Source: Acidobacteriota bacterium (GTDB lineage Bacteria; Acidobacteriota; UBA6911). From it: DNA of 64,000 bases. Of this stretch, positions 55,853 through 64,000 are shown one piece after another (position 1 is the stretch's first letter; each line of letters opens with the position of its first letter). Where the stretch lies: contig OY761556.1 in assembly GCA_963664705.1 (NCBI GenBank), positions 768,001-832,000 on the forward strand. The letters run 5' to 3'. The position numbers and the translations under genes are program-made. Under the pieces are notes generated by a model. It did no database searches. It had not been told where the DNA came from and saw only the letters and a program-made list of their open reading frames with translations.

Positions 55853-56308
55853 TTATTTGGACGGAAGCTTCGAATTGTGAGATGCCACACACTGCCATTT
55901 GCCCCCGACTTTGACGAAAGTGTCTGTCCAGGGGTATTTCCCCGTAGAATCCTTTCCTTTGAAGGTTCCCTTAATACTGGCGATGCCTGTTGCAATAGCT
56001 GTATCGCCATATACTTTTACTTTCAAATTTTCATGAAAAAATGAACTGTAGTTATTTAGCTTTCCCTTGACCCACTGGAGTATGGCGGCCTTATCGGTCA
56101 TAACCCCATCCTCATCCGTCATGACAAACCCATCAGCTATGTTGCGCTCAAACCATAAAACATCATGTTTGATGGCAGCTTCAGCCCATGCGTTTTCGAG
56201 CGCTGCTATCTCCTGTATAACATTTTGTCCTGCGGTTGGTTTTGCCTGTCCAAAGATCAGGCATGGCAGCAAGAGCATTAAGAGAACTGAAACACATATG
56301 CTTTTCAT
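55853..56308 (-). CDS. Exported NTF2-like (DUF4440) protein
   Basis: Signal peptide, KVYGDTA, TDTFVKVGGKWQCVASH. Confidence 0.85.
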   Translation of the reverse strand: MKSICVSVLLMLLLPCLIFGQAKPTAGQNVIQEIAALENAWAEAAIKHDVLWFERNIADGFVMTDEDGVMTDKAAILQWVKGKLNNYSSFFHENLKVKVYGDTAIATGIASIKGTFKGKDSTGKYPWTDTFVKVGGKWQCVASHNSKLPSK

Positions 56309-56327
56309 TGGAGTCTCCTTTTGTGCG

Positions 56328-56780
56328 CTACTGTTTTTCATAAACCCAAGTCTCACTTGTTTCCTGTCCTTTTGAGTCTTTCACTTTTCCTACGGCCGTC
56401 TGCGTTTTTCCATCTTTGGAGATGACAACCCGCCAACTGGACACTTCCTTTCCAGCCTTCTTGGCCACTACCGTGATGGCGTTGGAGTCAATCTTTTTCA
56501 TGGAGATTACGTCTTCATTTGGGTTTCCAACTCTGGGGTGCTCTTTCCCATCATAGGTTGCAGCCCATTCATCATGGAATGCTTTCCCTTTGCCGTCCAC
56601 GCCCTCAAAGCTTGTCTTGAACCCGTTTTCTTGCGGCGTTATTACCATGATTTCATTCTTGGGCATGTTCTCAACCTTGCTCTTGGCCAGGTTTAGTTTC
56701 CATGATCCGATAAATGGATCTGCCGCCCATGCCCAGCCAACTAATCCGAGAACAGTCAGCAACAGCATTGCCTTTTTCAT
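56328..56780 (-). CDS. Exported beta-barrel (lipocalin-like) hypothetical protein
   Basis: Signal peptide, FIGSWKLNLAKS, YDGKE, SKDGKT, VYEKQ. Confidence 0.8.
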   Translation of the reverse strand: MKKAMLLLTVLGLVGWAWAADPFIGSWKLNLAKSKVENMPKNEIMVITPQENGFKTSFEGVDGKGKAFHDEWAATYDGKEHPRVGNPNEDVISMKKIDSNAITVVAKKAGKEVSSWRVVISKDGKTQTAVGKVKDSKGQETSETWVYEKQ

Positions 56781-56847
56781 TTATTTGTCCTCCGCTGCTT
56801 GTGATTTAGGAATTCATTTATTCAAACGGGTAGAAATTTGCTCCAGG

Positions 56848-57471
56848 CTACTTCCTGAGTTCTGCAATGAATGTTTCTGTGAGTTTGGAAGTGCCATCCG
56901 TTTGCTTAGACTGTTTTGCCATGTATGGGCAGATCCCGGAGGTGATTATTTTGCCGTCCTGAACGACGCCTTCACCGCTATGGATGGCTCCCTCAATTTG
57001 CGGCCAATCTTTGGCAAGCGCATACTTTTTGCCCTTCAATAATCCTGCTTGGCCGAGGATTACCACTGATCCGGTCTGTGCTGCGATTGGCTTCCCTTTG
57101 GCCACAGCCTCCTTGATAAATGCCATGCCTTCGGACGGAAGCGGAGCCCCGGATGCAGCCATGCAGGGTATGATTATTCCCTTATAATCAGCCACCTTTG
57201 CCGCACTGAGCTTTAGATCCGGTTTCAATTTTGCGAGCCCTGCGGTCAGCGGTTTATTTGAAGCCGTGGATACCACGACGGTGTATCCCGCCTTCTTAAG
57301 GAGGTCGCTCATAACGCCAACTTCCTTTGTAAGCATCAGCTCAAGATCCGATGACTTTGCTTCGTTGACGATCATTAAGACTTTGCCCCCTTGCTTGGCA
57401 AACCCCGACGGCGATGAACAGACTGCAATTACCAGTCCCAAAAGCGAAACCAATAACATGGTTTTTCGCAT
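56848..57471 (-). CDS. Exported DJ-1/PfpI-like protein lacking the elbow Cys
   Basis: Signal peptide, YKGIIIPCM, GKPIAAQTGS, AGLLKGKK, VVQDGKIITS. Confidence 0.8.
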   Translation of the reverse strand: MRKTMLLVSLLGLVIAVCSSPSGFAKQGGKVLMIVNEAKSSDLELMLTKEVGVMSDLLKKAGYTVVVSTASNKPLTAGLAKLKPDLKLSAAKVADYKGIIIPCMAASGAPLPSEGMAFIKEAVAKGKPIAAQTGSVVILGQAGLLKGKKYALAKDWPQIEGAIHSGEGVVQDGKIITSGICPYMAKQSKQTDGTSKLTETFIAELRK

Positions 57472-57894
57472 AGCAGCTTCCTCCGAATATTGCGATTTCA
57501 AAAGAGTCGGAATGACAACAGAGTGTTACCCGCCAAAGACCGCGCTGGGCTGCGCTAGAATTGGTGCAGGAATCAAAGCAAGGATGAGCTTGAATGTGCC
57601 CTAAGGCAACTTCCTGGATATTGCTATATCCTATCTACCATATTACCGTAAGAACATTAAAGGACTTTTATTGGATTTGTCCGGTTATCAAAACCGCACG
57701 GAATTTGCGGGCTTCCTGTATAATCTGTTGGGCAAAATCAACAAATACTCAGAATCCGAATGTCCACTCACTTGTGGTGAATCTGTGGTAAATCCGGTTC
57801 AGGACAGTGCAATAGTGCAATAAAGGGGAGCCCAAGAGCAAGAACCACAACCTCAATGATTTACGCTAGTTTGTTGATTTTATTGAAGTACAGC

Positions 57895-57923
57895 TTGACA
57901 CCACGAGGCCGCGAACGTATTAT
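57895..57923 (+). promoter_or_regulatory. sigma70 promoter of tRNA-fMet
   Basis: TTGACA-17-TATTAT. Confidence 0.75.
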
Positions 57924-57934
57924 TTCCCAGTTAT

Positions 57935-58011
<77 letters not shown>

Positions 58012-58024
58012 GCCATCATAAATC

Positions 58025-58049
58025 AGCCGCCGACAAGGCGGCTTTTTTG
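58025..58049 (+). terminator. Terminator after tRNA-fMet
   Basis: AGCCGCC-GACAA-GGCGGCT followed by a T tract. Confidence 0.85.
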
Positions 58050-58287
58050 TTGGGTTGAGCGTAACAAATGGCTTTTTGCTGACACTTCGCAAACCCCCTC
58101 ATTATCTGCCTGGTCACTATTCTCTCAACCAGGCATCTCGCTAATACCATCGGGCGCACAAATTTCGAGTTTCCCGGTTCAATCTGGTCGATACGGCTGT
58201 ACTATTGCCGCTTGGAAATCATGAATAGTTCCTGGCAATCTCCAGTCTTACATTGGGGGGATTCGGCGTCGGCTGCGGGAGAGAATA

Positions 58288-59667
58288 TTGATTACGAATT
58301 GTCATAGTGGCTTTTGGGGCCGCGTGCGGGAGCGGTTGGAACGGCATCCGCTTGCCCACCTCGCTGTGCTGTATTTGGGCTGCATTGTGATTTTCCTTGT
58401 CTCTGTTCCATTGCCTCGCGTGGATGGACAACTGGTTGGGTCCGATGGTACTTACTATTACGCCTACCTGCCCAGCCTGTTGATAGATCACGATTTGGAT
58501 TTCAGCAACCAATATCGGAGACTGATGCCACAACTCTCCGCAAACTCATCCCCGCCTCTTCCCGATGGCACTACCAACAAATTTGCCGTTGGCGCGGCGC
58601 TTCTCTGGTTCCCATTTTTTCTTTTGGGCCACGGTATCGCGCTTATTCTGAATGCCTCGGGTTTTTCCACAGTGCCGGATGGGATGGGGTTTGCCTATCA
58701 GATCCCCACATTGCTCGGCAGTATTACCTATGGTTTTGTCGGGGTAGTGCTCGTCTACCGTATCTGCCATAGATTTTTCAGCCCATTGAGCAGCGCTTTG
58801 GCCGCCATTTTGATCTGGCTGGCTACAAGTCTGATTTATTACATGACCGCCGAACCATCGATGTCTCATGCCTGCTCCTTTTTTGCGGTTGCGTTGTTTC
58901 TGGAGCTCTGGCTTCGGTTCCGACCTCTGCCCGATCTCAGGCAATGGGTGCTTTTGGGAATCACCGCTGGAATTGTCGCGTTAGTGCGATTGCAGGACGC
59001 AACCTGGCTGGTACTGCCATGTATGGATTCATTATTGGCTTTGAGGAAAAGCAGAAATGTCGGCTGGAGACGCCAACTAGGAGGGATCTGCTGTTTTGGA
59101 GCTGCTGCCTGGGTGACCTTTTTGCCGCAAATGGTCATTTGGCAAATTCTGAATGGGTCCATTGTCAGACCAGGCTATGTTCACGCACACGAGGGATTTT
59201 TCTGGCTAGCGCCGAAAACTCTGAAAGTCCTGTTTTCGCTCTGCCATGGGCTTTATTCGTGGCATCCGATTTTGCTTTTTGCGACTGCCGGCCTGGTTTT
59301 ACTCTATCGCAAAAATAGGCTCCTTCCTGCTTTATTGGGACTGATGTTCGCCGTGCAAATCTATGTCATTGGTTCCTGGCATGCCTGGTCTGGCGGCGAT
59401 GCGTTTGGCGGAAGAATGCTTATCAGCTCACTTCCGGCACTGGCATTGGGACTGGCGGCCCTTGTCGATTGGGCTGCGGAACGCCGGGCGATGCCAATTG
59501 TCGTCAGCCTGTCATTGATTCTGGTTGTATGGAATGCGTTGTTATTGGCCCAGTACCGATTCCGCTATATCTCTCAGGGGGCGGCAGTCAACCTTGATGA
59601 CATGACCTTGGGAAAACTGTCAATGCTACAGGATATTGTCAGCCGCATCCATGCCATGCTTCGATAG
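58288..59667 (+). CDS. Multi-pass membrane protein, GT-C (ArnT/PMT-like) glycosyltransferase
   Basis: About 11 TM segments, SDGTYYYAYLPSLLIDHDLDF, MSH, FGGRM. Confidence 0.7.
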   Translation: MITNCHSGFWGRVRERLERHPLAHLAVLYLGCIVIFLVSVPLPRVDGQLVGSDGTYYYAYLPSLLIDHDLDFSNQYRRLMPQLSANSSPPLPDGTTNKFAVGAALLWFPFFLLGHGIALILNASGFSTVPDGMGFAYQIPTLLGSITYGFVGVVLVYRICHRFFSPLSSALAAILIWLATSLIYYMTAEPSMSHACSFFAVALFLELWLRFRPLPDLRQWVLLGITAGIVALVRLQDATWLVLPCMDSLLALRKSRNVGWRRQLGGICCFGAAAWVTFLPQMVIWQILNGSIVRPGYVHAHEGFFWLAPKTLKVLFSLCHGLYSWHPILLFATAGLVLLYRKNRLLPALLGLMFAVQIYVIGSWHAWSGGDAFGGRMLISSLPALALGLAALVDWAAERRAMPIVVSLSLILVVWNALLLAQYRFRYISQGAAVNLDDMTLGKLSMLQDIVSRIHAMLR

Positions 59668-59774
59668 GATCCCTCTTTGGCGATGTCCTATGGTCCGGAA
59701 GATTGTTTTTCAATCTCTATGCTTGATGAAGATGCGTTCATGATTTCAACGGCAAGCCCGGCGCCGGCGGTCGG

Positions 59775-61016
59775 CTAGTTTTTGGGCCCGGTCCCCGTAG
59801 AGATCGTGGATACGCGCCGCGTCACAAGCAGGTGCGGTTCCTTATGTATATCGCCATACCCGAAACGCAGGGGCATTTCGCGATGAGGCTGCGACTGCCA
59901 TAATTTTACAAAATCGTTCTTCTCGCAGGTGCGTGAAGGGATGAAGGTTCCCTCGAATGTCCCATACGTCTCCTGCACGAAACCAGCCTTCTGCGCATAG
60001 CGCGGAGGGATTCCGCTGCTGTCGGAGATTATGAAGTCTGAATAACCCAGCAGGTAGTTTCGAAGCTGCCCAAAGGGCAGAGTCCAAAGAAGGTAGCTTG
60101 CGGCTTTCACAAGACCAACCGTATGCCCCTTTGCCTCCAGGTGACGCAGCACTGCGGGGTCCTGCTTAAGCGCCGTGTCACTCAGGTCCGCAGCAATGTG
60201 CCGGTGCACTCGAATGCGCGTACCAAGGCTGGTGTCCATGGGCCTGAAGGTCAATTCAAGGTTGGAGAATGCCAGCGAAAAGTCCGGCGACTTCCACACC
60301 TTGTTGAGCTTGCGTGCTTGTATTGGTTCAAAGGCTGCAATGTCCGCGTCATCGAGATAGTGCAGGGATCCGTTTGGCTCAATTCTGAAATAGCGCAGCG
60401 ATACCGGTTCAAAACCGTGGATGGCGAGAGCTACCAGGAAGAACGACAATTGTCCGGCGATTCCACCTCGGTGCATTTGCATCAGGTCCTCGCTGGCACT
60501 ATCGCTGAGTGTCAACAACTGCAGCATGGAGTGCCGCAACCGAGTAAGGTCTTTTTCCAGCGAGTCGGAGTTGATGGTTGTTATCCGACGTGGATCGCCT
60601 GCGGACTCAAGCGAAATCGTGGTGATCTCTGTTGCATCGGGATATGCCGTCAGGGCGGAGAGCAGATCGCCTCCTCCCAAAGGGTAGACTACCTTTGTTG
60701 GCAGGCCGGCCGGGCGAAGCCTGGAGAGGTAGGGCCCCATGATCGACAAATATTGATCACGATAGACCTGCATTCGTGGCAACAGCTCGTCGCAGTGACG
60801 CTTGATTACGTCCAGATCAAACGACTTCGGGATTGGCGCATTCCCAGAGCAGGCCGCAATCCTGAATAGCAGGCGGGCCTCCGAACCAAAATCGTGCCCG
60901 GCAGTGGATGCGTTTCCATTCTCAACGGGATTCCCGCGTCGACCGCTGGCACAGCCATGACAGCAAAAGGAGACAGCGATAAGTACCAGGGCAACAAGCG
61001 GGAACGCGCTTCGCAT
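59775..61016 (-). CDS. Hypothetical lipoprotein
   Basis: Lipobox-like GC after a hydrophobic stretch; motifs VVYPLGGGD, KAASYLL, DSSGIP, FGYG. Confidence 0.7.
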   Translation of the reverse strand: MRSAFPLVALVLIAVSFCCHGCASGRRGNPVENGNASTAGHDFGSEARLLFRIAACSGNAPIPKSFDLDVIKRHCDELLPRMQVYRDQYLSIMGPYLSRLRPAGLPTKVVYPLGGGDLLSALTAYPDATEITTISLESAGDPRRITTINSDSLEKDLTRLRHSMLQLLTLSDSASEDLMQMHRGGIAGQLSFFLVALAIHGFEPVSLRYFRIEPNGSLHYLDDADIAAFEPIQARKLNKVWKSPDFSLAFSNLELTFRPMDTSLGTRIRVHRHIAADLSDTALKQDPAVLRHLEAKGHTVGLVKAASYLLWTLPFGQLRNYLLGYSDFIISDSSGIPPRYAQKAGFVQETYGTFEGTFIPSRTCEKNDFVKLWQSQPHREMPLRFGYGDIHKEPHLLVTRRVSTISTGTGPKN

Positions 61017-61334
61017 CTTCCCGTTAGCTCTTGCAGTTTTGCCTGGCCGTGGATTGATAGGTATTGGCGAAAAGATGAATGAACTATGCAAAGGCCATCC
61101 TTATCCAGAGTATGAAGCCAAACTTGGATCCTCCCAGATTGCTGGGGATTAAGCAACCCGAAATTGCGTAGCATATTTGATCGTTGGATGGCAAATTAGG
61201 AGACAGTCATTCGTCCGGTTTTGGAACCGGACGATTCCGATAATCAGCTTATCGAGCCTGGATAGCACCTTCGGGATCTTGCCCCGTTGTCAAAGTGCTT
61301 CATTCAAACATGCTGGCGTCGGGCAGGCAATTTT

Positions 61335-62951
61335 TCAGCGAGCTCCAAGGCGGACGGAGGCCTTGCTGACAATCCCCTTTCTTCCAAATTCATCCTCGAC
61401 ATTTATTTCGAGCTGATTCCGCCCAATCCCCAATTTCCATTGAAAATGCGAATCAACCGGTTTCCATTCTCCGCCATCAATCCTGGCCAGGTACCGCTTG
61501 AAAAATGGTTGGCTGTTGCCGCATTCAACCGACAGGGTGTCGTCCCCGGTTCGAATAAGGCGGAACGAAGCTTGATTTAGGGACCACCAGAGATCCCGCG
61601 GACGCGTGTACCAGACCGCGGTGGACGATTCCACAATTGGAGTCTTTTCGTCAATGTAAACCGGAAAGCCGCAGTAGCCGTCAGGATCCTCAGCGAAGGC
61701 TCGGCACCATGGCTCAGGCTGCGACTGCCAGTTGTTTCTTGGCGTAAGCTGCATCCATCCGGCCGTCAAATATCCATGGCCATATTCCCAATCCCACTTT
61801 TCGTGTTCTCCATAGGTATAGTCGTTCGTCACGCATTTGATCGGATGCTTGCCCCGGAGTGCTTCTACTCGGGAGAGGTTGACGTCTTCGCCGCGACGCT
61901 GAATTTCGCCTGGTTTTAATACAAAATTCGTATAGATATTATGCATTTCAAGCAGACTGAGCGGCTGTCCGGTTTTTCTGTCGGCATAATAAGTGTCCAG
62001 CGAGGGATCCAGGTACACCCACTTGTTCAGTTCATTCACCCATATCTCGGCGACTTCATGATTAGTATCGCGGAAGCCCTTGATCGCCAGGTGGCGAGCC
62101 TGCCAACCCAAGGAAATGACTGCTGAAATTAGAGTCTCACAATAGCTCATGCAGTGGCCATAGATGGTGCCCCCATTTTCTTCCCCAAGAGCTTTGCGAA
62201 TATTCCATGGATAGCTGCCATCCGGGTTTTGCATCTCAGGGCGTTTGTTTTTCCGTTTGGCTACCCAATCCAGAAGTGCTTTGAGTTGCCCGAATTCGTT
62301 CTGCTTCCCGGCAATGACTTCATCCAGTTTGAATGTTTGGCGAAGCCAGGTCAGGTCGGATTGGTCGGGCCGCTCATAGCCAAAGACAACAGGCGAAACT
62401 AAAATTTGTTGGACCTGGTCCTCCAGCAGAATCACCGCTTCTGGAAACACGGAAGGATTGGCCTGGTACGTTATTTTCGCTCCCGTGATTGCAGGTAGAA
62501 CTCTTGCATCGGTTGTTGTGAGTACAAAGCGGAATTGGGCGTAACGTCCCCTGGGGATGATGGCTCCGATTGCGGGCTGCCATTTGGACCAGGTCGCCTC
62601 GGTTTGGAAGAAGGAAGTGCCGGTGCGGACTTCGACGGCAATGTGGGCTGGGGCCTCAGCATTGGCGGTAATCTGAATGCCGAGATCTGAAATGCTTCCT
62701 TCGTTGCTCAGAATACCTGTGCCGATGAGATCAAGCACATCCGTAATAATCACTCCGGCGCCGCCGGTCTTCTGCAAGTTGCGGGCATCAAGTACCAATG
62801 AATCGCCTTTTGGAATCACGCGGGTTGCCTCGAGGCCGGCATATAGATCTCTGGCTGTCAGGATCCGTTCCTGAGCGTTGTCGGCGGCGAAGAGTATCTG
62901 CCCATGAATCACGGCAATCCAAACCAGGGAAATCCATCTCAATCGGCCCAT
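61335..62951 (-). CDS. Exported transglutaminase-like domain protein
   Basis: RBS GAGG, signal peptide, GHCMSY, HEVAEIW..KWVYLDP. Confidence 0.75.
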   Translation of the reverse strand: MGRLRWISLVWIAVIHGQILFAADNAQERILTARDLYAGLEATRVIPKGDSLVLDARNLQKTGGAGVIITDVLDLIGTGILSNEGSISDLGIQITANAEAPAHIAVEVRTGTSFFQTEATWSKWQPAIGAIIPRGRYAQFRFVLTTTDARVLPAITGAKITYQANPSVFPEAVILLEDQVQQILVSPVVFGYERPDQSDLTWLRQTFKLDEVIAGKQNEFGQLKALLDWVAKRKNKRPEMQNPDGSYPWNIRKALGEENGGTIYGHCMSYCETLISAVISLGWQARHLAIKGFRDTNHEVAEIWVNELNKWVYLDPSLDTYYADRKTGQPLSLLEMHNIYTNFVLKPGEIQRRGEDVNLSRVEALRGKHPIKCVTNDYTYGEHEKWDWEYGHGYLTAGWMQLTPRNNWQSQPEPWCRAFAEDPDGYCGFPVYIDEKTPIVESSTAVWYTRPRDLWWSLNQASFRLIRTGDDTLSVECGNSQPFFKRYLARIDGGEWKPVDSHFQWKLGIGRNQLEINVEDEFGRKGIVSKASVRLGAR

Positions 62952-63194
62952 CGTCAGTTTCCTCTTGGTGAAGCCAGATTTGTGCATTAAGCCCGGCGCC
63001 TTCAAGCGTGTCATTGCCCCGAAGCATATCCCAATTCGCAGACCTGCTCCTAGAAAAAAGCCTGAACATGGATATTGGTTATTATGTTGATATCCGGAGG
63101 TTCTGGCCGGCCCGATTATAGTTGCGACGAGTCAATCGGGATTGCTAATGTACAGTGATTGGCGTGACTCTAACCGAAACCAGGAGGCTACGTA

Positions 63195-63563
63195 ATGAAG
63201 ATCAGAGTTTATGCAATTGGATTGGTTGTGTTGCTGAGCATCGCGGTATGTGCTCTTGCTGCTGATTTTTCGGGTAAATGGATTGCCCGGGCCGGAGATG
63301 TCGATATTACGTTGATCTTCAAGGTGGACGGAAGTGCATTAACCGGAACCGTTGATAATCCCCAAGCGGGTCCCACCGAAATCAAAGAAGGAAAGATTGA
63401 CGGAGAAAATATATCTTTCTACGTGGTGAGAAAAATGGGAGAGACTGAGGCCAAGATATCATGGAAGGGAAAGGCCTCAGGCAGTGAAATCAAGTTTGTG
63501 CGTGAAACCATGGGAGGCGGCCAGGGTGGCGCCATGGAAATCATCGCCAAGAGAGCCCAATAG
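63195..63563 (+). CDS. Small exported beta-barrel hypothetical protein
   Basis: RBS AGGAGG, signal peptide, ADFSGKW, LTGTV, GKIDGENISF. Confidence 0.8.
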   Translation: MKIRVYAIGLVVLLSIAVCALAADFSGKWIARAGDVDITLIFKVDGSALTGTVDNPQAGPTEIKEGKIDGENISFYVVRKMGETEAKISWKGKASGSEIKFVRETMGGGQGGAMEIIAKRAQ

Positions 63564-63621
63564 GCTGATCCGAAATTCAAAGCAAGGTGGTGAGTGGAAC
63601 AAAGATAGAGTTTCCTTAATT

Positions 63622-63647
63622 AAAAGCCGCCCTGTCGGCGGCTTTTT
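63622..63647. terminator. Bidirectional terminator
   Basis: AAAAGCCGCC-CTGTC-GGCGGCTTTT. Confidence 0.85.
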
Positions 63648-63815
63648 GATTCGATATATGGAGGATGCAGGGCGGCTATATTGTTAGTCTTGATGCCGCC
63701 AAAATCCTGATAGCATGCCGGAGCCAATCAAATAAGCTATTCCAGAATAGTGCTCCGGGCTATCAGAAGACAGGATGTCCTTTCCTTTATCCCGCTCAAA
63801 TCCGCAATTTCTCAT

Positions 63816-63846
63816 TTGACTCTCCCTTTGGGGGAGACTCTACGCT
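63816..63846 (+). promoter_or_regulatory. MerR-type promoter with dyad operator
   Basis: TTGACT-19-TACGCT with TCTCCC...GGGAGA dyad. Confidence 0.8.
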
Positions 63847-63866
63847 CTTGGTGGAGTGAGGACGCT

Positions 63867-64000
63867 ATGTTCAGCATCGGTCAGTTTTCAAGGATCACAG
63901 GGCTTACGATCAAGACCATTCGTCTCTATCACGAAAAGGGACTTTTGATTCCGTGCCGGGTGGATGAGTCAACCGGGTATCGCTATTTTGACGGCAGGAA
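63867..64000 (+). CDS. MerR-family (BmrR-like) regulator, 5' part
   Basis: Hand translation MFSIGQFSRITGLTIKTIRLYHEKGLLIPCRVDESTGYRYF; runs off the window. Confidence 0.92.
   Translation, partial: MFSIGQFSRITGLTIKTIRLYHEKGLLIPCRVDESTGYRYFDGR

Overview
Mostly core-genome window from an Acidobacteriota bacterium: the 16S rRNA begins GATCCTGGCTCAGAATC, the phylum-diagnostic 31F site. It holds a full rRNA operon (16S, tRNA-Ile, tRNA-Ala, 23S, 5S), tRNA-fMet, envelope and lipid genes (lpxD, rfaE1, GT9, plsY, pgpA), housekeeping genes (rimO, ruvAB, purF/purN, lon, lexA), a split B12 acyl-CoA mutase, an ECF sigma locus and several exported proteins of unknown function. I saw no CRISPR array, integrase or transposase. 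Highlights: (1) an exported UGSC-family selenoprotein hidden by an in-frame TGA (U-W-G-C) with a SECIS-like hairpin; (2) a tetraether-synthase (Tes/MJ0619)-like radical SAM gene directly upstream of lpxD; (3) two inverted CACC-N7-CACC boxes over the lexA promoter, a candidate new SOS box, with a small unknown ORF right behind lexA; (4) a long structured, terminator-containing leader ahead of a chemoreceptor; (5) a mutase with isobutyryl-CoA-type specificity residues; (6) five intergenic heptamer arrays. All calls come from reading motifs by eye; no database searches were run.
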